A stretch of DNA of 64,000 nucleotides from Proteromonas lacertae (GCA_002245135.1 NGBS01000302.1:1-64000); one strand, 5' to 3'. Counted from the first letter of the stretch, positions 10,435 to 26,441 are shown. Translations and numbers: made by a program. Notes: generated by a model not told the origin, from the letters alone.

Positions 10435-12829
10435 TTATAGAAATACAAAACACATTAATTTCATATTTTTGATCATTTCATTCAATTTGTCTGCTTCTTT
10501 TATATTTTGATTATTTCCTAGTTGTATATACATTCCTTTCACATTTGATAAATTTTCCACCAATATTTTTACACCTTCGTCACTAATTTGATTATCTCTC
10601 AAAACTACTCTCTTTAACTCTGTTAAGATAGAAAATGAACTTGAAAGTATCTGAAGAGTAGAATCATTAATATTTGTATCTAAACAAATATATATTAAGT
10701 AATGTATATATAGATATTATTATACTTTTTAGATTTAATTCTGATAATTTCACTAGATTCTTTATTTCTAAGCATATACAATTACCACTTTCTTCATTTA
10801 AAGGATTTGATGATAAATCAAGTTCAGTAAGATTTTTCATTAAATGAAAACTTTCAGATAATTCTTTTACTCCTTCACTTTCTATCTTATTGAATGACAT
10901 GTTAAGAACTGATAAATCAGGAAGATATTTCAAATTGCTAGAGAATTCCTTTATGTTTGTTATTCCATTTGATGATATATCTAAATACTTCACTTTAGAA
11001 ATTGTTGAAAAATATTTACTAATAGATACAATACCCTCTTCTTCCAAATCATTACATTTCAAATTCAAATGAGTTAAATTAGGAAGACATTGCATATTTT
11101 CACCTAATAACTGTGCTGACTCTTTACCTATATAATTGTGAGATATATCCAATCTTTCTAAATTAACTAGACAATTTAAGCTATTGATAATAAGTTTTGG
11201 TTCTAAAACACCAACATCACTGAATTGAAGAGATTCTATTTTAGTTAAAGTTTTTAATACTTCAGCAAATTGTCTAAAATCATCAATTTTGTTTAATGAT
11301 AAAGATAAATCATGTAATTCAGTAAGATATGATAAGTTATCACAGAATTCTTTTACATCTGTAATACTGTTGGATGATAAATTTAGTGTTTTTAACTTTG
11401 TAATTGATGAAAAACATTTGCTTACTGATGATAATCCATCATTTTCCATTTTACAACCTAAATTAAATAACGATAAATCCAAATAATATTATACATGAAA
11501 TATTTAACACTTCTAAATTTGATAAATCAGTTAAACCTTCACTCAATTCTATAATTCCATCTTTACCAATTGGATTGTTTGATAAATTTAATTGTCTTAA
11601 ATTTTTAAGATTTTTTAAACTTTCTGATAGGACTTTTACATTATTTATCTGATTTGCAGATAAATCCAACTCATTTAGATTCTTAGCAGTTGATAAACTT
11701 TTAAATATACACTTCACTGTATAATCATTCTCATCTTCACCTAAATTATATTCTTTAAACATTATTTTTGTAATATTATCTGTAAATGTAACATCATTTG
11801 TAAATTTACATCCTATTTATTCGATATATATATAACAATTATATATACTCTTAAAAACTAATGAGTATAAATGCTTGATTTCAGACAATTTTGAACAGAG
11901 ATATGGTAAATCTTTACTATAGTCAATAGTCAACTCCTTTTTATCTTCTTTTTTATAATCTTTTATATCTTCATCAATACATTCTTGTGCTTTAGATGGA
12001 ATATTGATTGTTTCACCACTTATTAATTCTATATTTTATAATAAACAAAAAAACTATACTGTTCAAAAATGTAATCAACTCATCTAGTTTATATCTCTCT
12101 TCTAACTCAATACACGCTGTCTTATTATATAAGAAATTCCATGTATTAGCATTTTCACATTCTAAATTACCTTTATACTCTTCTTTACCACTTTTTAAGT
12201 AATATATTAGTCTTCCTATACTAAATACATCACTATCACTACTAATTTTGTTTTCGGTAGATATATAATAAGCTTTTTGTCTTTCTGTGAGGGTTTTCAT
12301 ACCATCTGAACATAATTTATTAATACAAAAATCTGACAATTTAATTGACCCATCTTCATCAATAAAAACATTCGATGGATTAATATTTCCATGACATAGG
12401 TCAATTGAGCTTAGATCTTTTACACCTTTGCATATTTCTAGTATTATACGGTACATTTCTTTATCATCTTTAAAGTGTTCAATAGGATCTTTGAATGAAG
12501 AAATTGAATTTGGGTATTTTTTCATCATCAGATTTAGATATTCTGCAGTATCTTCAATTACATCATATTTAACAATATTTGAACTGTTTAATGTGTTCAC
12601 CTTCTTAATTGTTTCAACAAATTTGTCAATCTGTTCCTTTGTGAATGAAAATGTTTTAAAACGTTTTAGTATTATGACCTTCTTTTCTTTTACTTCTTCA
12701 AGTTCAAATGTTTCAAATTTTTCATCTGTCTTTAATGTATTAACAATCTATTCATTAATATATCAATAAATATACTTTATAACCCTTTGGTATTTTCATT
12801 TTTTTCTCAACAGAAGCTCCTGCACCCAT
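10435..12829 (-). CDS. N-myristoylated pseudokinase-LRR protein, spliced
   Basis: Starts MGAGAS. Kinase-like domain with HGNINPSN and DFC, followed by many LxxLxLSxNxI repeats and tiny introns. Confidence 0.85.
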
Positions 12830-12937
12830 TGTTTAGTGAGATAATAATTTGTAACGATTAAAAAGCTTGTAAAATGGCTTGATAGATTTTGTCATTTCAT
12901 ACTAAAAACAGAAAATCTAAAACATATTGTAAAGTTA

Positions 12938-14946
12938 TTAATTATAGTATTGGTTATAATAATTATTCAATTCAACCTTACGATTTTCATAATAATATCT
13001 CAAACTAGTAATTGTAAGCTGCAAATCAACATCCTCTCTAGTTCCTTGAATAAAAGAGTGACCAATAGCATCAGCACAACTCATTCTTTCATTTGGATCA
13101 GATTTCAATAAACTTTGAATAAAATGCTTTGCATCTTCCGATACATTCTCCCAAAGTGCGTCATCAAATGAGAATTCAGCAATACCAATTCTACTGACCA
13201 TTTCTAATGTGTTATTACTCTGGAAAGGATGTTTTCCACATATTAATAAGTAAGTTAAAACTCCTACTGACCAACTATCAGAATTAACTGAAATTGGTTC
13301 ACCTTTGATTATTTCAGGACTTATAAACTCAACAAAACTTAATGGACTATTTACAAATACCTATTTAAAATAATAGTCAATTATTACTATTATACATTAT
13401 CATCTATAGTGGGAAGCATACCAAAATCAGATAATTCTAAATCATACACATTTCTTGTATCTGATAGTAATATATTTTCTGGTTTAATGTTTCTATGACA
13501 AACTCCAAATGAATGAATATAAGCTAAAGGAGTTAAAATACTCCATATAATCATTCTAACATCATATTCACTATAACTCTATTTATAAATAATAATATAA
13601 TAATAATAATATATATACATTCTTCTTAGTTAATCCGTCTAAAATATTTCCACCAACTTGATAGTTGGTAACAATATTGATAATATCACCCATTTCTTCA
13701 ATCTGTATGACTTTAATAATACCAGTGTGGTTAATGGACAACAATTGTTTTATTTCACTTAAGAATTTAGCAGGTTCAGCTACACTGTATTTTGAAATGA
13801 CTTTTATTGCTACTTTCTTCTTTGCTTTGTTTTGTTCTGCTATATATGCATATCCATATGGACCATATCCTAACATACTTACATAGGTATATAAATCCAA
13901 TACATTTCCTAATGCCAATCTATTTAATAATAAACAGTAATATATACTTTTCTTCATTAAATCCCCCACTTATTCCAGCTTTCCAACTATCTCTTATATT
14001 ATTAAATCGATTAATGAATAATTCTTGAGCTGTCATTACTGTATAATACTTACTAGATACTAAAAATGGATGATTAATTGCTAATTCAGCAGTTAATCTG
14101 TTATTAGGATCAACTTGTAACAATAATTCCACAAACTCTTTGGCTTGACCAGAAACACCACTCCAATATTTTGTATTCAACGAATATTGTCCATGTGTGA
14201 TTTTATAAAATAAAACACTTCTATTATTCACATCTGGAAATGGTAAAGTTCCACTTAATAATATATATGCAATTACACCTAAACTCCACATATCCACTTG
14301 AGTATCATATGGTCTTTGTTCTATTACTTCTGGTGCAATATATTCAGGTGTTCCACATACAGTAATTGAATGAGATCCCTATAATAAATAATATATATAA
14401 AAAATAATGATAATATATATATACTCCCATTACTTTAGCTAATCCAAAATCTGTTACTTTAATTGAAGCATCATCATTCATTGTTGCTAATAATATATTC
14501 TCTGGTTTTAAATCTCTATGTGCAATTCCTTGCTTATGACAATATAAAATTGCTTTTGTAATTGAAATTAATGCAATTTTGGCACTTTCTTCATCATATA
14601 CTTTGAATTGATTAATTCTATTCAATAACTCACCTCCTTCCATTAATTCATTGATAATATAAAAGTATTGTTTATCTTCATAAAAACCTAAACAAGAGAC
14701 AATATTTGGATGATGTAAACTAGATGTGAGATTAACTTCTCTTTTTAGCATTGATACATTTAATTTTGGATGTTTTGTTACTACTTTTATTGCTACTTTT
14801 TTATCTATTAAAATACAAAATTAATGTATTTGTTTATATACTTGATGCTACTTCTAATCCTTCATATACACAAGCGAATGATCCTTGTCCTATTTGTTTA
14901 CCTAATTTATATTTTACATAAAAATCATATTCTGGTTGTCGTCTAT

Positions 14947-14978
<32 letters not shown>

Positions 14979-15805
14979 TACTCTTCAATAGCCAATGGTT
15001 TAATTGGAACAGGTTTAATATAACTTCCAATAGCCAATGAAAATGATTGATTTCTATCTCTATAAAAGATTGTATTATCTACATTATCGAAATTAGATGA
15101 CATATTCTTTGATAATTCAGGTGATCTACTATTACTATTTCCATTATTATTACTATTCGATTTAGTAAGTGTATTTGAATCACTTTTTACTAATATATTA
15201 AAAGCTGTATCCACTATAATATCGTGTGAATAAGAAGCTCTAGATTGACGGAGATGTATATTACTACCAAGACTTAAATTTGCATTTTTCAATTCATCTC
15301 CTAAACCACTAAATCTTTCAGATAATCTTCCTTTCATTGATGTTCTTTTTGATGAAGATTTTGTCTGTGCAAAAGAATAAGGAGATGTCTCTGGAATAGG
15401 TGGTAAATCATCATCACTTGAATCATCAGGTATTGGAGGTGGTATAGCAGAATTTTTCTTCACAATTCGTGGTGTAGATTGTCTTTTTTCAGAAGGATAA
15501 GCTGGTGGCCTTACCGTTTTATTATTCGCTGATGAAGATGGTGTAAGTGGAGGAGAACTGCTAGGCAAAGAAGGAAGAGGTGAATGTCCACCATCTTTGA
15601 CTTTTTCATTTATAGCATCCTCTACATTACCAACAATTTTTACATTTAGCTTATCTGATTTATCTCCCACTAGATTAGATGGAGTTTCATCAAAATCATC
15701 AGAACTGTTTTTCTGTGATGATGTTGTAGTATTCCCTACATTTGTATCCCACATATTATTGGAAAATTTCCCTTTTGATTTATCAGATGATTCATTAGCT
15801 CCCAT
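12938..15805 (-). CDS. N-myristoylated CAMK-group protein with tandem kinase and pseudokinase domains
   Basis: Starts MGANES. Domain 1 has GQGSFA, HRDLKPEN, DFG, CGTPEYIAPE. A 28-nt intron at ~13920-13947 joins in frame to domain 2 (GYGPYG, VAIK, HRNIKPEN, DFG, FISPE). Confidence 0.88.
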
Positions 15806-16207
15806 TTTTAAAAAAATAAAAATTCATAAACACAAACTTAGGCTTGAGTAATTGTGACACACAGTCAATTTTAGATGAACAACCTAGTTCATCGCAATTG
15901 TTAACCTATGTTTGCATGATGCATATTATTATTCATTACATTAACACCTTTAAAAAGGAAAAATAGTGTGTATGCGTAAATTCATCAATAAAAAGATAGA
16001 GAGTTTAGTATAATCGTATAAATGAAAAGAAACCAACGAAATAATTATCGTAGAATGGATTATTTTCAATTTTAGAAATAGTCAAGCCTCGAACCAAACT
16101 GTTCGTTTTTTTTGAGTGTTGTAAGGAGAGAGACATTTTCTAAAGATTCCTAACATATTTTATTTATACTGCATAAACTATACTAATTATATAAAAACTT
16201 TTTAAAA

Positions 16208-19200
16208 ATGCAAGCAGCAGTTGTGGTTGGAATGATGAGAGGAGCTGACTATGACGATTTTGGAACATTGAAAGATGGAATCGATGGTATTTATGTAATT
16301 ATAACATTGTTAGTTCAACAAACACAAGAAGATGTAGGCATAAATGATAAAATAGAAGTACAGAGAGATAAAAATAAAAAAGTGGAAGTTTCCAGCTTAA
16401 GAGGATTAAAATTTCAAAGGAAAGCGCCAAGAAAAAAAGAGCAAAAGGTATTGTACAAATTTGTAATATATTATAGAAGAAAAAACGAAAAGATACAATG
16501 AACCAAGTTACTAGAACTAATAGTTCTGCCTCTAACACATTAATGTCAATAGATGATTTAGATGGACTTCAAAGTGGTGAAACAATTACTCCTAGATGGT
16601 TTTTTAATCCTGATAGCACAGGAAAAGCTGTTTGGGATATATTTATATCAATTTTGATTATATATAGTACAATAGAAATTCCATTAAGAATTGCATATAA
16701 TCTAGAAGCTGAAGGCTTTGGATATATATTTGATTGGTTTGTAGATATAATGTTCTTTCTTGATATGGTAGTGACCTTTCGAACAGGTTTGCATGACAAA
16801 AATGATAATACATTAATATATAACTCCAAAATGATTGCTAGGAATTATGTTTTTGGATGGTTTTTAATAGATTTAGTGTCTACTATACCATTTGACGAAA
16901 TAGTATCACCATTTGTAAATGCTAGTAAAAGCGCATTACGATCAACTAAACTAATTCGAACAATCAGATTGGTTCGACTGGTCAAGCTTATGAGGATATT
17001 GAAATTTGGAAGGCTAAGAGATAAATTAGAAGATCTAGTACCAGGAAATGCAGGTTTATTCAAACTAGGTGAATTATTTATAACAGTGACATTTTTAGCT
17101 CATATTTTAGGATGTGTTTGGTTTATGCTAACTAATAATGATTATTCAAAAGGAGAAATCGATTGGATATCTATAACAAATAGTACTGAAAAATCTACAA
17201 CTACAAAATATCTTTTATCATTATATTTTGTATTTACAACAATGACAACAGTTGGTTTTGGAGATATAGTTGCAACTAATGATTTAGAGATGGGTATATG
17301 TATATTGTTGATGATCATTGGTGCTGCAATATTTGGTTATATTGCTGGAAGTGTGAGTGTATTATTAGAAGAAATGGATATAGCTAAAGCGAAGAATAAA
17401 GAAAAAATGAATTTGTTAAAGGAATATCAGAATGATCGGCATATTCCACCGTTATTGAGACAAAGAATGAAGTTTCATTTGAGATATATGTCTACGCAAA
17501 AGACTGTATTACCAGAGGAGAAATTATTATCAAGATTTCTATCGAGGGATCAAATATCACTTGTATATATAAAAATATCATATTATTTTTTATTGTTTAG
17601 ATGTATGAACATTATGAAAATGATATTGCAGGAATCAGATTATTCCATTCATCAGTACAACGATCACTAGTTGTACGATTATTACACAAATTAAACCCTT
17701 TCTATTGTGAAAAAGGTGAATTTATATTTGAATTAGGTGAAATAGCTGAGCAAGTATATGTATTAAGAAGTGGATCACTGTATGCTTGTTTACCTAAACA
17801 AGTTGGTGTTATGACTTTATTTTCATCTTTATTAGGAAATGATGATAGAGAATATGAAGTAGTTGATGGATTACAAGTTGGTTCGTTCTTTGGACAAGAT
17901 GCTGTAGGAAGAAGAAAGAAAGATCGATTATATTCATATGCAGCAGCTTGTGAATCATTTTGTGAGTGTTATTTTATCTCTGCGTATAATTTAGCGAATT
18001 TTAGAAAGAATTATCCATGTTTTTATTCAGATTTATGGAAAGCAGAAGATTTGATTGTAGATCAAATTGAAGATATTGTGTATAATAATTACTTTATAAT
18101 ATATATAATAGAAATACTAAAGAAGTAATAATATCAAATATTCCAAAACATGTAGTTGAATCAACTACCAATCCAATTTTGTCTAATATTTTCCATTCCA
18201 AAAACCTTATCAATAAAGATCCAGAAACACTATCAATTGCGATGGGTGGTAAAATTAGAAATGATAATAAAGAATGGAAGAAAACATTATTAAGAAAAGT
18301 ATCAACACCTCCTCCAGTATTAAGACCAATGAGTACTGGCATTGGCTTAAAAAGAAACTTATCAACTTCAAGGCAATGTATTAGTGGTATGAATCCATCA
18401 GCTTCCAGTGTAATTCGTCCAACAATACCATTAAGTAAACAAATATCAGAAGCAAAACAACAAGAATGTAGTAGTGAATCAAAATCTATAATGAAAAGAA
18501 GAGCTCATACTGATATGACTTCTTCAATGTTACCTTCAATGCAACCATCCAAAATGTCTTATGGAATTGGTGCTTCTTCAATATTACCACTTCATGAAAA
18601 CTCTATTGAACAAATCAAACCTCTTAATTTCAAGAAATTAGATTCAACAATAGGAGGAAGTAATGGAACTCCTCATACTGCAACTCCAATTCTATCAACT
18701 CAAGTTGAAAGTATGGATCCTAATTATATACCTTCCAATGATGTTCCACCACCAGTTATTCCATTGAAATTAGCTATTAATCATATCATATCAGACCCTA
18801 ATGATGTTGATGAGAAAGGATCAATAAGAACAGATACTAGTAATAAAGGAAATGATGAATTTAATGTCAAATCTCCTGGTGAAGGTATTGAAGAGGAAAA
18901 GAAGGAAGAAGATAATAAAGAAGAAAAAAAGGAAGATAAAGATAAAAAGAAAGAAGAAGTAGAAGAAAATAATGAAGTAAAACCAATAACACCAAGACCA
19001 CCTGAAAGTGGTATTACCAAAGTGAAATTGTCAATGAGATTAGAACCATTAGATCCAGACTTACAATCACGATCTACAAAGATATTATCATCACTAACAG
19101 AACCAGATAGTAGTGTGAAGATGAATAATAATAATAATAGCAATCCAAATGTCACTGAAACAAAAGTTGAAACATTTGCAAGTAGTGGTGAAAGTAATGC

Positions 19201-19303
19201 TGAAACAATTTCTACTGATAAATTATCCAGTACAAAGAATATAACTAATGAAGCATCACCTGATGTAGCTATACAACAAATCCCTGATATTTCAACACCA
19301 ACA

Positions 19304-19336
<33 letters not shown>

Positions 19337-21637
19337 GAGATTGAAAAAGATGATGTTAATAATGTAATAAACAATATAATAGACAGTAAAAGATCCAGTG
19401 TTCAAGAGAATACTCATACTCCTGAGAGTAAAAGATCTTCAATAGTAAATACAAATACAAATAATCAAGTTCCTCCCATAGTTATTACTCCAATGGTTGA
19501 TCATGGAAGAAGAAGAATATCCAGTAATTTACAACCATCCTTATCTACTCCAAATGTTAATAAATATAAAGTAACAGCCAATCCACATGATGTAGTAAGA
19601 TCTTTAACATCTGGAAGTCAAGATGATGATAAGAAAAAGAGAAAGAAAATTGAAATAAATCAAAACTTAGTAGAAGATTCAAGTGAATTAGAGAATGTAA
19701 TTTATGGTTTTTCTGATAAAAGTAAATTGAAGTTATTTGTAGATAAAGCAATTCATCCAGATCATAAAGTTAAAATATTTTGGGATATTTGGATGTCTTT
19801 CGTTATATTATATAGTGTAATAATAGTTCCTTATAGAATTGGTTTTGAAGAAGATGCAACTGGGTTTTTCTTGGTGTTTGATTATATAATTGATTGTGTT
19901 TTTGGTATTGATATTATAATTAGTTTCTTTACTGCATATTATGATTCTTATGGACATTTAATTACAGATAGAAAGCATATTTGTACTCATTATTTAAAGG
20001 GATGGTTTTTTATTGATTTTGTCTCTACTGTTCCATTCGATGTATTATTTAAATCTGCAATTTCTTCAACTCAAGCTATAAGATCAGTCAAACTATTGAG
20101 AGTGTTGAAGTTAGTGAGATTATTGAAGCTGGCAAGATTATTAAAATTAGGTAATTTAGTAGCAAAATATCAAGATAAAATTGATTTAAATCCAGCAACT
20201 ATGAGTTTATTATTCAATATAGTAGTTGTTGTATTTATTGCTCATTTAGTAGCATGTGTATTGTTTGGTGTTAGTACATTCACTAAAGAGGATGGTTGGA
20301 TTCAAGATTACTGTCCATTTGAGAAAGTTGGAGTAAATGCAACAACAGGTAGAGCAATTTGGGAAAGACAATGTGTAGCACATGCATCCTCTGGTAGGAA
20401 GTATATTACAGCATTATATTGGGCTTTTTGCATGTATACATTATTATTATTATTATTATTATATAGTATGACAACAATTGGTTATGGTGATATTGTAGCT
20501 GACCATAATAATCAAAGTGAGTTAATATTACTATGTGTAGTTATGTTGGTTGGTACTACAACATTATCCTATATCATTGGCACTTTAATGAGATTAATAG
20601 AGAATGTAGATCCAGGTGAATCTCTTAGAAAGAAGCAGAAACAAATATTAGTTGGTTATATCAATGATACAGATATAAACAAGTTATTTAGTCGACATTT
20701 AAAGAATCATCATGATTATTATTTAGATATTCAGAGTGGATATGATCATGAATCAATTCTTAAAGATTTTCCTGCATTTTTAAGACGTGAAGTATTAGAA
20801 TATACAAATCAAGACACTCTTTATACATTACCAATATTCCGTATTATGCAATCTGAATATCCAGGTTTTATACCGTTTGTATCATCATTAATTCATCCAA
20901 GTTTCTGTGGAATTGGTGAATATTTATATCGAAGAGGTGAAGAAATATGTGAATTTTATATTTTAATTAAAGGAACAATACGTATTGAATGTCATGATAA
21001 ATCAACTTATATGGCATCTGATGGTTCTTTATTAGCTGAATCAATTTTGTTATTAAAACAAGAAGCATGTGTTGTTCACGCTTGTGATGCAAGAGGTGTT
21101 GCTCCAACTACACTTTATACAATGCCAAGACATGAGATTAGACTATTAGAATCTTTATCACCTAGTTTATTCAAAAGATTACAGAATATAGTTATTTCTA
21201 ATGAAATTAAAGTTAATCAGCCCATTTATATTAGTAAAAGAGATAAAACTCCTGATGTATATAATTTAGGATTAGATATTGTGAATGGAAGACCTAGATA
21301 TCATGAACATGAGTTAATATCAATATGGAAGACAAGTTCAACTTCCTCGATCTTCAGAAGAGGTGGTGAGAGAATTAAAAATATGTTTAAAAGTAGAAGT
21401 AATAAAAGTAATAACAGCAACAAAAACTCTGCTAGAGTTGTTCCGGATAAGAGGAAGATTAGTTATGATGCTTCTAATAAATCATTACAAGATGAAAATC
21501 AAAATGAACTTTTAATTGATCCGAAGATCCTAGCATCAATTGGGAATGTGACTACTAACTCCGCCTTGTCTGGTAGTGATACAGAAGAAAGTGAAGATTC
21601 TGAGGTTTATAGGTCAAGTGCTCCGGAAGAAGAATAG
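16208..21637 (+). CDS. Two-repeat cyclic-nucleotide-binding-domain K+ channel (2 x [6TM + CNBD], KCNH/CNG-like)
   Basis: Two S1-S6 units with Arg/Lys-rich S4, filters TTVGFGD and TTIGYGD, each followed by a C-linker and CNBD. Intron 18080-18111 joins both halves in frame. Confidence 0.88.
19304..19333 (+). repeat. (AAT)10 coding microsatellite (poly-Asn); similar tracts at ~24001 and (TTG)n at ~54818-54845
   Basis: Directly visible trinucleotide runs inside ORFs. Confidence 0.9.
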
Positions 21638-21759
21638 TTAATGTAATTGTTTAATTTAATATATTTTTGATATTAGAATATTTATTTGTGAAGAAAACAG
21701 AAGAAAAAGCATTCTATCCGGTTTGAAGTTTTCGGGTTATTACAAAATTTCATTTTTTC

Positions 21760-24700
21760 ATGCTCAGCAGCGATCCAAAGCCTTCACCAAAAGAGCAATT
21801 GCAAGAGATAGAAAATTTAGTGAAGCAAGAGAAGAAAGCATACTCCAAATGGTATAGTAATTGAAATAATATGTTTACAGGTACTTAATCCCTTTTACAT
21901 GGTATAAAGACTTTTTAGAATATTGCACCGATCCAGATACAAATATTGAACCAGGAGTATTTTTTTCGGGATATATTCTTTTAGCCAATAGATACTAGTG
22001 TTCTACTTGTAAATGATAAAGTTACCATTGATAAAGTATATATATTGTTTTTGGTATATAAAATAGAGCAAGGTTGAACTTTTACCAGAAGAAGCTTATA
22101 ACTTGCTAGTTAAATGGTATAAACGAAAAAATTGTAAAGACTACTTTCGATATGCAACTTATACAACCGAAGAGCATATAGAAGTTGGTATAGATTTGAA
22201 TGTGAAATTATACAATGTAATTGTAAAGAAAGATCACAAAATGGGAAGAGTAAATCGAGAAGTAGCAAATCAGATTTGGTTCAGAAGAAAATGAAATAAA
22301 GAATCAATTACAAGGTGAACTTAACCTTCCAGATACAGACTTCAAGTTATTATATCGTCAAAATAGAATTGAAGAATTCCATCCAATTAATGATTTCATC
22401 GCAAATGATGATCATAATGAGATAAAAGAGATATTAGCCTTATATGAAGGAACAAAAGAAGAAGAAGAACAATTCTTAAAAGAATTCAAATTAAAAGGAA
22501 GAAAAGAGGATGAATATTATGATCTTAGAATAAGTGATGGTTTTTGGGTTCAAGCAAAAATATCAAAGTTTGGAGATAGCACATTAAATTATGATTTGAT
22601 AGTAGTAAATAAAAGTTTAAATCGTGTAATGTATATTATTATTAATATTATTATTTGTATGTAAAAATAGATGGGCAAGTGAATATGATGATGTAATTCG
22701 TCCATTATACTATTATACTCCTAATTTCAGAGAGTTTAAAAGTGGTGATGTCGTAATCAAGAAAGTAATAAGTGAATATAAACCATTATCTGTAATAAAT
22801 GTAGATTTAGAAAGAAAGAAAATTCGTTTATATTCTGTGAATGGTATGAAAGAAGAAGATATAGAAAGTGACGTATTATATGATAATGAAGCTTTTCAAA
22901 TATTAAGGGATAATAAGAACAATGTATTAGGCTCAAAATCATCATCATCATCATCATCAACAACAACTAGACCAGTTACATCCACTAATATTGATTTAAG
23001 TTTTAATCATTCTAATACTGCTTATACAAAAATAAAAACAAATGATTCATCATCATCATCATCATCATCATCTGGTTCATATTCTACTTATAATTATTAC
23101 AGTCATTACAATTCAGAACCTCCAGCACCAGGTGTTGTAGGATTAAGTAATATAGGAAATACATGTTTTATGGATTCAATGTTACAATGTATGAGTAATT
23201 GTCAACCATTAACTGAATATTTCCTATCAGGTGACTATGCGGATGATATCAATGAAACAAATCCTATTGGTACAAAAGGTGAATTAGCTAGAAGTTATGC
23301 AAATTTATTAGATAATTTATGGAATGGTCATTCTGCAGTATTTACCCCATCTGTATTTAAACATACTATTGGTAAACACGCGCCGCGATTTGCTGGATTT
23401 GAACAACAAGATTCAAGCGAATTAATGAATTATTTATTAGATGGATTACATGAAGATTTGAACAAAATAAAGAACAAACCATATATAGAAGGTGTTAATA
23501 CTGATGGTAAAACATTAGAAGAAGCTGCTAATGAATATTGGCAAGTTCACTTAGCTAGAAATACAAGTAAAATCGTTGATATATTCTGCGGTCAATTAAG
23601 ATCTCATTTAGTATGTCCTAAGTGTGAAAATGCTTCAGATATCTTTGATCCTTATTATTCATTAAGTTTGCCAATTCCTGATAGAATCACTTATAAGTCA
23701 GATGCTTTGTATTATAATGATTTTAATAAACCACCATTAAGATTAACCATTACCTCTAACAATGATGAAGTAGATGATTTTGAAGTTGCATTAAGATCTC
23801 AATTGAATATTCCACCAACTGATAAGTTATTGAATATTGATTATACAGATGGTTCAGTTAGTGGAAGAACTGCTAGTTATTATTATAGATATAGAGGTAG
23901 AAATATGTATTGCTATTTCAATGTTACTGAGATTACAAGGAAATTTAATGATTATTGTCATACTTTAGGATCTGATATGGATGATATTACTGAAGCTGAT
24001 AATAATAATAATAATAATAATAATAATTTCTCAAGTGATTCAGATTCATCAACAAACAACAACAACAACAACAGCAACGCTAGTAATAGTTATTCATATA
24101 ATCATAATAATAATAATGATGATGATAATGATGTATTGAGTAAATATACATTTGTTAATTTCAAACTGGAAGGTAGTGGATATGGTAATAGCAAATATTA
24201 TTACCCTCAAATGTATCCACTTGATATGAAGAATCATCAAAATGAAAAATTATTAAAACATTTGATTAATGAATATGTTGAAGAGAAATACATAGTTGAC
24301 TATAAAAATGATAGTTTCTATAAGAATAAAGTGTGATGTGATATTAAATGAAGGTATTCCACTTGATGTTAAAAATAAACTAAATGAAGCGATTGATGAT
24401 GAAAGTTACAATAAAATTGATGAGAAAAAAGATATATCCTTAAATGATTGTATTGATTTATTATTGAGAGAAGAAGTGTTAAGTGAAGAAGATATGTGGC
24501 ATTGTCCAAAATGCAAAGAATTTGTAAGAGCATCGAAGAAGTTCTCTATATGGTCTATACCAGAGATATTGATTATTCATTTGAAGAGATTCTCTGTTAA
24601 AATGGATAAGAAATTCGCTAAATATGGCTTTGGAAGTAGAGAAAAGTTGGATACTGTAGTTTATTATCCAGAGCATATAGATTTATCGTCATATGTCAAT

Positions 24701-24943
24701 GGTCCTCATAATACTAACTGTAAATATTCATTATATGCAGTCTCAGTATATATTCATAGATTATTTTATTTTAATTCATAGGAACACTCCGGATCATTGT
24801 CTTTTGGACATTATACTGCTAAATGCAAGAATTTTAAGGATGGTAATTGGTATGATTTCAATGACTCTTCAGTGCACAAGTGTAATGGTCCAAAACCATC
24901 ATCATATGATTACGTCTTATTCTATCAAAGAGATAAATCATAA
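21760..24943 (+). CDS. Ubiquitin-specific protease, USP4/11/15-like with N-terminal DUSP-like domain
   Basis: Cys box GLSNIGNTCFMDS, QQDSSEL, LHEDLN, WHCPKCK, ILIIHLKRF, His box HSGSLSFGHYTA; tiny introns and probable indels. Confidence 0.92.
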
Positions 24944-25107
24944 AATATTCAATATTATTTCTCTTTTTCTTATTTTGTGTTGTATTTGGCTTAAAAAAAA
25001 CAGAAAATTTATTAACGAACTGGCTTGGCTTGTGAAGCATTTTTAAGTTTTTTCATCTCTCCGTTTTAAGTAAAACCGAGAAGTAATCGTAGATATTGTA
25101 AAATATA

Positions 25108-26133
<1,026 letters not shown>

Positions 26134-26441
26134 GGCGTGAAAGAACTATTGAGTAATTGCCAGATACTAATTATTATATCTACATTTTGTTTTTGGTTAT
26201 TATTTTCAAAAAGAAATCTATAAAAATAAAAGAGTCAGTAATTGAATTGCATTTTATGTTTTATTATCAAATGAAGTGATTGATTTCAAGAGATAAATGC
26301 ATTTTAAAAAAATATCACGTCAGAACCAAAACAAGAGTTTGAAGAGGACTCGACTTAGAATGCAATTTGCTTGAGTGCAATTTCATTTCTTTTCAATTCT
26401 TCAGTGTTTAATCGTATTTGATTAAAAACTTGTAGTTCAGT

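Noticed and set aside
10435..10465. Blastocystis-type stop codon created by polyadenylation (AAA T + 5 nt + TGTTTTGT on the minus strand)
   Set aside because: The motif deviates from TGTTTGTT, a genomic TAA follows seven codons later, and the other genes examined have genomic stops; would need 3'-end reads.
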